From positions 1 through 42,824 of the IMG/VR virus record IMGVR_UViG_3300021964_000151: a stretch of 42,824 nt of DNA, one strand, 5' to 3'. A model generated the notes under the pieces. It was not told the origin of the DNA and did no database searches. It saw nothing but the letters and a program-made list of their open reading frames with translations. Both the position numbers and the translations under genes were made by a program. Below are positions 37,701-42,824 of the stretch, one piece after another; the stretch's first letter is position 1; each line of letters starts with the position of its first letter. Source of the DNA: a virus (Duplodnaviria > Caudoviricetes).

Positions 37701-40700
37701 ATCAACGCAGGGAACGCGTAAAACAGCTATTGTTGAAGCTGTTGCAGAAGAAATTGCATTTGATGCTACAATGGAAGTTTTGCAAGATCCTGATGTTTTA
37801 AGTAGATACGAGGAAATTGCAGGTATTACTGAAATTACTTTACCTGAAAACTTTAAAGCATTAATTGCAAAACAAATAGATAGATCAGAAGGATTACAGT
37901 TTTCAAAATCATTGGCTAATGAAGCTAAACTTGAGTACAATTTAGAAAGACCAGATCTGGTTAAACTATTAGAAACTACGGACAGTAATAAATTACGTAA
38001 AAATTATCCATTAATAATGGATAGTATAATGCATGAATATGATGACAACACTGTTCAGTTTAGCCTTACAACTAAAGCTGAAGGCAAATGGATACAAGAG
38101 CCATTAAATCCATTAGATGAAAGTTCAAAATTATATAAATTTAAAGTAGGAGAAGTAGATTATGAAATAAAAACATTTAAAGACCCGGCTGCTTTTGATT
38201 ATAGTGTATTTGAGCAAACAGAAGGTATTGGGCTACGTGAGGTTATTGACAATGATCCAAAGTCATGGGCTATGACTTTTGCAGATGCATTAGATGGCTC
38301 TACAGATATAACAGGGGTTGCAGTGGGAGGGCTTACTAACCAATTTAAAGTATTTGGGACTGTAGCTAATGCAACTATAGATTTAATTAAAAGCCAAAAA
38401 TTAAATTCTATAACATTTACTGCTAAAGAAAAAAGCAGAAAAAGGTTATATAGATCTTTAAATGAAAAATTTGCTAAGGATTTAGGATGGGATACATATG
38501 ATTATGAAATACGCACCCCAGATGGCGAAGAAACTGTATTTATAGCTTATAATCCAAAATTTACTGAAAATAGAAATATAGATTCCAATCCAGCTTCAGT
38601 ACAATTTAGCAATACACCATCTGCTAATGATATTCTTAATAATACGGAAAAATGGAAAAAATATCAAAAAGAGGAGTTAAATAATGCTAAAATTTTTCAA
38701 GAAAAAGTAGGTAATATAAAAGCTAGATCTGGAAGTTTTTGGCCTTCTTGGATATTAAATACGAGTATTATACCTGGTTTTGATGAATTAAAGAAAAAAG
38801 ATTCAAAAAAATCTAAAAATGTAGAAAAGCGTATTAATGATTTTAGAAAAAAAATAATAAATACTAAAATAAAAAATAAAACAAGTATACGCGAAAAATA
38901 CAATGTATTTTTTTATAGGCCTAATAAAGCTTATGGAACTAATTATACTGAATTTATAAAACTTTTAAAAAGTGGTCAAATTTTTAAATTGCAACAGGCT
39001 TACCTAAATATTTATGATGATATGTGGGGTGCTTATTTTGATTTACTTAAAGAAAACCCTAATATATACGATTTTCTTGAAAGAACATTGCAAACTTCTA
39101 ATAATGAAGTGGGGCACTGGCATAGACTAGGTGCTGAATTTATTGGAATTGACCCTGAAGCTATAGAAGACTTTGTTTTAGATAAAAATGGCAAAAAAAT
39201 TAAAATTTATCGTACGGATAAAGACGGTAACATTAAACAATATTTTAAAAAGCAAACATACGAATTTGAGCATGCTGTTCAGAATCATATTGTATGGAAA
39301 AAGCTTTTAAATTTAGCTAAAGATCTTTCTAAAAAAGAAAATGGCAAACAGCTTTTTATGGAAGAAGTTCAAAAAGCAAAAGAAAATTATAAATTATTTG
39401 CTTTATCCGTTTCTGATGCAAGAAAAGTTGATAAGGCTGGGTATGGACAAAAAATGCCTAAAGATTGGAAAACATTTTTAGATAGATATTTTAATACTAA
39501 AGTAGCGGCAATAGATAATGGTATTGACCCTGGAAAAATTGTTTTTATAGAATACAAAAATGGCAAAGCTGAAATAAACGGTAATATTAAAGATGCGTTT
39601 AATATTAAAGATAATGAAGGCAAAACACAGTTTTCAAGATCATTAAATAAAGAATTTAATAAACTATTAGAACAATCAAGTGGTATCAGAGCTACAAAAC
39701 AGTTTTCACCTATTGAAGCTAGAATTTTAGGTAAAGGTAAAGGCCGTAATAAATTCTTTATTCCTTATTCAGCTGATGATTTTGTTGGTTTGCTATACGC
39801 AACTTTAGCTGGTGGCAAAACCGGTGATCAACAAATGGAATGGTATCGTGAAAATCTGCTTAGACCATTTTCTCGCGGTATACAACAATACGAAGCAGCA
39901 AAACAGAATGCTCTTCGTGAGTGGCAGATTCTTAAAAAAGAAGCAAAGAAAAATGTACCTGGCGGATTAACAAAAAAGAACGCAACAGGTTTAACAAATC
40001 AAGACGCTGTTCGTATTTATATTTGGAATCAACAAGGTATGGAAATTCCTGATACAAAAGGAAGCCAAGCTCTTATTAATGAAAATATAAAAATTGTAAG
40101 AAAGAATAAAGAGCTTAAAGCATTTGCCGAAAGACTAATGGCTTTACAGCCAGAAGGTTATCCAGAACCATCTAAAAATTGGGATTCAGGTGATATTACT
40201 ACAGACATTGTATCATATATAAATGGTGTTAAAAGAAGTGAATTTTTAACTGAATGGAAAAATAATGTTGATATTATATTTTCTGATAAAAATAAAGAAA
40301 AGCTAAGAGCTTTATATGGTGATAGATATGTTGAGGCTTTAAATGATATGCTTGACCGTATGCGTACTGGCACAAATAGAAAATTTGGTATAAGCAGAAT
40401 TGAACAACAATTTATGGATTGGACTAATAATTCTGTAGGTGCTATTATGTTCTTTAATGCAAGATCTGCTGTACTACAAACATTATCTGCCGTTAACTTT
40501 ATAAACTTTACAGACAATAATCCGCTCAATGCAGCATTAGCATTAGCTAATCAACCACAATATTGGAAAGATTTTGCTACGTTATTTAATTCAGACTTTC
40601 TTAAGCAAAGAAGGTCCGGTTTACAAACTGATGTAAATGCAGATGAAATTGCAAGAGCAGCTAAAGGCGCTGAAAATACAGCAAGAGCAGCATTGAGTGC

Positions 40701-41673
40701 AATACTTAAATTTGGATTTACACCAACACAAATTGCTGATAGTTTTGCAATTGCGTCTGGTGGTGCTACATTCTATAGAAATAGAATAAATAAATATTTA
40801 AAAGAAGGGTTATCACAACAAGAAGCTGAACAAAAAGCATTTACTGATTTTCAAGAAATTGCAGAAGAAACACAACAGTCTGCAAGACCTGATAGAATAT
40901 CATCACAGCAAGCAAGCTCATTAGGACGTCTTATATTAGCTTTTGGTAACACACCTATGCAGTATGCTCGTTTAACTAAAAAAGCTACATTAGATTTAAT
41001 TAATGGACGCGGTGATTGGAAGACGAATATAAGTAAAATTATGTATTATAGCGTAATACAGAATATTATATTCTCTGCATTACAACAAGGATTGTTTGCT
41101 TTATTATTTGACGATGAAGATGATGATAAAGAAAAATCAAGATTGTTTAGAATAGGCAATAGTAGTTTAGACACATTATTACGTGGGGTTGGGGTTTACG
41201 GTGCTGCGGCTGCTACTGTTAAAAACATGATCCTTGAAATAATAGACCAGCAAAAAAGCGGTAGACCTGATTATACTGAAGTTGTAATTTCAGCTACTGC
41301 AATATCACCTCCAATTAATTCTAAATTAAGAAAATTAAATTCAGCTGGTAAAACATTTACATATAAGCAATCTAAAGAAAAAGTATTTACTGAAGGCTTT
41401 AGTTTAGAAAATCCTGCATTTTTAGCTGGTGGCCAAATAATTTCTGCAGCAACAAACTTACCTGCTGATAGAGTTGTTTTAAAAGCTGATCATATTAAAA
41501 CAGCTATGCAATCTGAAACAGAATTATGGCAGGCAATAGCATTATCGCTTGGTTGGAGCGAGTGGGATTTAAATATGATTGAAAAGCAAACTAAAAAATC
41601 TAAAAAGTTTGATCCTAGAAATACAAATAGAAATATTAATAGGGGATTAAAAAGAAAAAAAGTAAAAAGATGA
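34750..41673 (+). CDS. Giant polyvalent ejection protein: membrane-insertion region, zincin metallopeptidase, sigma-like domain, further cargo domains, helical C-terminus
   Basis: 2307 aa. Gly/Ala hydrophobic helices at about aa 190-355, HELLH at aa 573-577, a sigma70 region-2-like segment at about aa 738-815 and six QFS motifs. Confidence 0.7.
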   Translation: MPIYTLPNGKKYNIPEDKVNTFLNKFPEATIDSLGKITPPREDQMGALAEVNVAPTNMDLSLEMPSLGSQEKDTAIERAFGKNSLTDFFGDIYRAANKGLEQSSLVDPSINLYREGAEADDETILNFIKANEETNKNIMQSDEMREFNKIYEEEGGGWWGFIKGAALNPTVLTQELASSIAMQIGALKSDEVATAATAGLGAGALAGAPFALVGAIPGGIAGAMGGAMAALETGLTFSELLNKELGDNLTVENVRAFLQNEEKLSDLKNKALGRGLTIGAIELATMGIAKGVGSKIAKAGFKRAGVAAAGAIGGIEIAGGATGEIAGRFVAGQEMDAAEIGFEAFAGLGSAPISILGQSKNISKSITRLKIDKELKNTNYNNASDLFINEEKTSDAAINLAKIKNAETIVSEEINNRAKKGEITKEQAEKAKENLASTTFFNNILEDVNVPEANKAEVIDLLKEQNALRNKIKKVNNPSLTKRDSKRLEELDNRIDQIITEKKLEQSIQFAEKGAKKLGLKVQSLNKKEIAKKYKGSKKLNDYLESDGFIENGVITINTDTAKETRAVTVGSHELLHGILNKELKGKDRKKIVAEFKNIISKDQLAIIEERLFAKNDKGERLYSDEYLENEGIDEYFTAFSDAILLGDIKYNENIFTKLGDFIRPILRKFGFSKIKFDSGRDVYNFLKEYNKSVKKGELSKELSGIQAAIESDVAQFSKSKASDRVQQIYEAQGAANALDIIDEFKPIVDRIVNKYRNVPGFEYQLLKDEIETGKRGILDMIMSYTPEKAKGAPLAGYINSLLPKRAIEAAQRVLGTEFTVDVTEAKGVTDTVTEDVLEAAEETNVADEIKSLRKEIGLPEELVTKVKKAVIKTFGTKLPSPEDPKFKLELQKAFRTELKKPIAKFVGRQEDYELFLRDNFKAIYDKLPQSLINRRFKDFAEPVLDKSGKQMRERTAEGKKIFTKKKLTTAEFIKYFLGSDVGRSTQGTRKTAIVEAVAEEIAFDATMEVLQDPDVLSRYEEIAGITEITLPENFKALIAKQIDRSEGLQFSKSLANEAKLEYNLERPDLVKLLETTDSNKLRKNYPLIMDSIMHEYDDNTVQFSLTTKAEGKWIQEPLNPLDESSKLYKFKVGEVDYEIKTFKDPAAFDYSVFEQTEGIGLREVIDNDPKSWAMTFADALDGSTDITGVAVGGLTNQFKVFGTVANATIDLIKSQKLNSITFTAKEKSRKRLYRSLNEKFAKDLGWDTYDYEIRTPDGEETVFIAYNPKFTENRNIDSNPASVQFSNTPSANDILNNTEKWKKYQKEELNNAKIFQEKVGNIKARSGSFWPSWILNTSIIPGFDELKKKDSKKSKNVEKRINDFRKKIINTKIKNKTSIREKYNVFFYRPNKAYGTNYTEFIKLLKSGQIFKLQQAYLNIYDDMWGAYFDLLKENPNIYDFLERTLQTSNNEVGHWHRLGAEFIGIDPEAIEDFVLDKNGKKIKIYRTDKDGNIKQYFKKQTYEFEHAVQNHIVWKKLLNLAKDLSKKENGKQLFMEEVQKAKENYKLFALSVSDARKVDKAGYGQKMPKDWKTFLDRYFNTKVAAIDNGIDPGKIVFIEYKNGKAEINGNIKDAFNIKDNEGKTQFSRSLNKEFNKLLEQSSGIRATKQFSPIEARILGKGKGRNKFFIPYSADDFVGLLYATLAGGKTGDQQMEWYRENLLRPFSRGIQQYEAAKQNALREWQILKKEAKKNVPGGLTKKNATGLTNQDAVRIYIWNQQGMEIPDTKGSQALINENIKIVRKNKELKAFAERLMALQPEGYPEPSKNWDSGDITTDIVSYINGVKRSEFLTEWKNNVDIIFSDKNKEKLRALYGDRYVEALNDMLDRMRTGTNRKFGISRIEQQFMDWTNNSVGAIMFFNARSAVLQTLSAVNFINFTDNNPLNAALALANQPQYWKDFATLFNSDFLKQRRSGLQTDVNADEIARAAKGAENTARAALSAILKFGFTPTQIADSFAIASGGATFYRNRINKYLKEGLSQQEAEQKAFTDFQEIAEETQQSARPDRISSQQASSLGRLILAFGNTPMQYARLTKKATLDLINGRGDWKTNISKIMYYSVIQNIIFSALQQGLFALLFDDEDDDKEKSRLFRIGNSSLDTLLRGVGVYGAAAATVKNMILEIIDQQKSGRPDYTEVVISATAISPPINSKLRKLNSAGKTFTYKQSKEKVFTEGFSLENPAFLAGGQIISAATNLPADRVVLKADHIKTAMQSETELWQAIALSLGWSEWDLNMIEKQTKKSKKFDPRNTNRNINRGLKRKKVKR

Positions 41674-41825
41674 AATATAACCCAATAACAGCAAAAACAT
41701 CTACACCTTTGGCGTTGAAGGATGCATGTTATCGTAAAGCAAAAGCTAAATATAGGGTATTTCCTTCAGCTTATGCATCGGGTTATATTGCTAAATGCCG
41801 TAAAAAGGGGGGTAAATTAGGATAA
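41670..41825 (+). CDS. 51-aa basic protein with PSAYASG motif (not in the ORF track; recalled as DUF5872 N-terminal-like)
   Basis: Manual translation gives MKYNPITAKTSTPLALKDACYRKAKAKYRVFPSAYASGYIAKCRKKGGKLG*. It overlaps its neighbours by ATGA and TAATG. Confidence 0.75.
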   Translation: MKYNPITAKTSTPLALKDACYRKAKAKYRVFPSAYASGYIAKCRKKGGKLG

Positions 41826-42112
41826 TGACTGCACGTAAAACTAAAAAAGGAGCATCACTTAGACGTTGGTTTAAAGAAGAATGGACTGATGTTAAAACTG
41901 GTAAGCCGTGTGGTCGAAGTGAAGGAGAAAGCAGAGGTACACCTTACTGCCGTCCTAAAAAAAGAATATCAAGTGATACACCAAAAACAGCAAGCGAAAT
42001 GTCAGCTGCTGAAAAAAGAAAAAAAATTAACGAAAAAAATAGATTAGGGCAACCGCCGGGTAAACCAAAAAGAGTAAGTCCTGTAACAATGAAAAGTTCT
42101 TGTAAATATTAA
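41825..42112 (+). CDS. Small basic protein with LRRWFKEEW motif (recalled as DUF5872-like)
   Basis: Contains LRRWFKEEWTDVKTGKPCGR...PYCRPKKRISSDTPKT. Confidence 0.7.
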   Translation: MTARKTKKGASLRRWFKEEWTDVKTGKPCGRSEGESRGTPYCRPKKRISSDTPKTASEMSAAEKRKKINEKNRLGQPPGKPKRVSPVTMKSSCKY

Positions 42113-42113
42113 A

Positions 42114-42287
42114 ATGGAAGATTTGAAAATATACGGCATAAGTATCTCGGCGTTAACCGGAGCATCTATAAGTGAAATCAATCCAATATTATCTACTTTA
42201 GTTTTAACAGCAACACTTGTATATACTGTTATACAAATAATAGAAAAACTAAAAAATAAAAATAATGGAAAATCCGTTCAAAAATAA
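42114..42287 (+). CDS. 57-aa small membrane protein (holin-like; not in the ORF track)
   Basis: Manual translation gives MEDLKIYGISISALTGASISEINPILSTLVLTATLVYTVIQIIEKLKNKNNGKSVQK*: a hydrophobic helix plus basic tail. It fills the intergenic gap. Confidence 0.65.
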   Translation: MEDLKIYGISISALTGASISEINPILSTLVLTATLVYTVIQIIEKLKNKNNGKSVQK

Positions 42288-42630
42288 AGAATTACGTGGT
42301 TATATAGGAGCAGCAACAGTATTTATCTTAGTTATGGGATTACTATTGTTTTTAGCTTTTTATGAAATACCAGAAACAAATAACGATATATTTAAAGTAA
42401 TTGTAGGTATGCTTGTTGGATCTTTATCTGTAGTTATATACACATTTATAGGTAAGAATCCTGAAGAGCTTGAATCCCTTAAAGGTAAAAATGAATCTTT
42501 AGAAAACCAAATGCTACAAATTGTAGACGAAAAAGACAAACTTGAAAAAATGCTAAGAGATTATCAATCTGAAGTTATTGATAAACTTGCATTATCAGGC
42601 GATAATTTTGAATATAAAACTAAAAAGTAA
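42265..42630 (+). CDS. Two-TM membrane protein with C-terminal coiled coil
   Basis: Two hydrophobic helices (YIGAATVFILVMGLLLFLAFY; IFKVIVGMLVGSLSVVIYTFIG) followed by a heptad-rich segment. Confidence 0.7.
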   Translation: MENPFKNKELRGYIGAATVFILVMGLLLFLAFYEIPETNNDIFKVIVGMLVGSLSVVIYTFIGKNPEELESLKGKNESLENQMLQIVDEKDKLEKMLRDYQSEVIDKLALSGDNFEYKTKK

Positions 42631-42824
42631 TGGCTAAGGTTGATCTTAATGGTGACGGAAAAGCGGACATTAGTGTTAGCTTGCCACAGATTATTACCGT
42701 ATTAGCAATGTTTGCTTCTATAGTTGGGTCATATTATACTCTTAATGCAAGAGTAGAAGCGGTTGAATTGTCTGCTAAGAAATTAAAAGAAAACGAACAG
42801 AAGTATACTTGGCCTAATCAAAGA
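42630..42824 (+). CDS. 5' part of a single-TM coiled-coil protein (truncated at the window end)
   Basis: MAKVDLNGDGKADISVSLPQIITVLAMFASIVGSYYTLNARVEAVELSAKKLKENEQKYTWPNQR... stays open to the edge and starts at a TAATG overlap. Confidence 0.65.
   Translation, partial: MAKVDLNGDGKADISVSLPQIITVLAMFASIVGSYYTLNARVEAVELSAKKLKENEQKYTWPNQR

Noticed and set aside
1318-40529. Numerous minus-strand ORFs of 60-190 aa in the ORF track (e.g. 35268-35840, 37536-37940, 14862-15236)
   Set aside because: All lie antisense to long, well-supported plus-strand genes, carry no recognisable motifs and have the composition expected of antisense shadows.
32395-41673. Virion RNA polymerase expected at this locus by analogy with crAss-like phages
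   Set aside because: I found no double-psi beta-barrel catalytic motif in a plausible context in the three ejection proteins. The NNDGEID sequence fits an EF-hand better.
1-42824. tRNA, rRNA or Bacteroidota housekeeping promoters (TAnnTTTG)
   Set aside because: Intergenic gaps are nearly all under 75 nt, and none showed a cloverleaf or a convincing -7/-33 promoter by eye.

Overview
This 42.8-kb, AT-rich window is one continuous plus-strand virion/lysis module of a tailed dsDNA phage. Its gene order is podovirus-like and resembles crAss-like phages and related marine Flavobacteria phages. A Bacteroidota host is inferred from A/T-rich start contexts without Shine-Dalgarno sites and from the gene set. 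In order it encodes: small basic proteins, an M15 peptidase endolysin, a 3TM-type holin, a 1588-aa tail fibre with a C-terminal S74 chaperone, a 1913-aa LamG/SPRY adhesin, a tandem GroES-like co-chaperonin, terminase, portal, scaffold, major capsid protein, ring/adaptor proteins, a 2855-aa tail stabilisation (muzzle) protein, three probable ejection proteins, and more small basic and membrane proteins. The most notable element is the 2307-aa ejection protein. It carries a HExxH zincin protease, a sigma70 region-2-like domain and other cargo-like domains, separated by six copies of a QFS motif. This suggests a self-processing, virion-injected polyprotein that delivers a sigma-like factor, at the locus where crAss-like phages encode a virion RNA polymerase. 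I saw no tRNA, rRNA, CRISPR array, integrase or transposase. All family assignments come from motif recognition by eye, not database searches.
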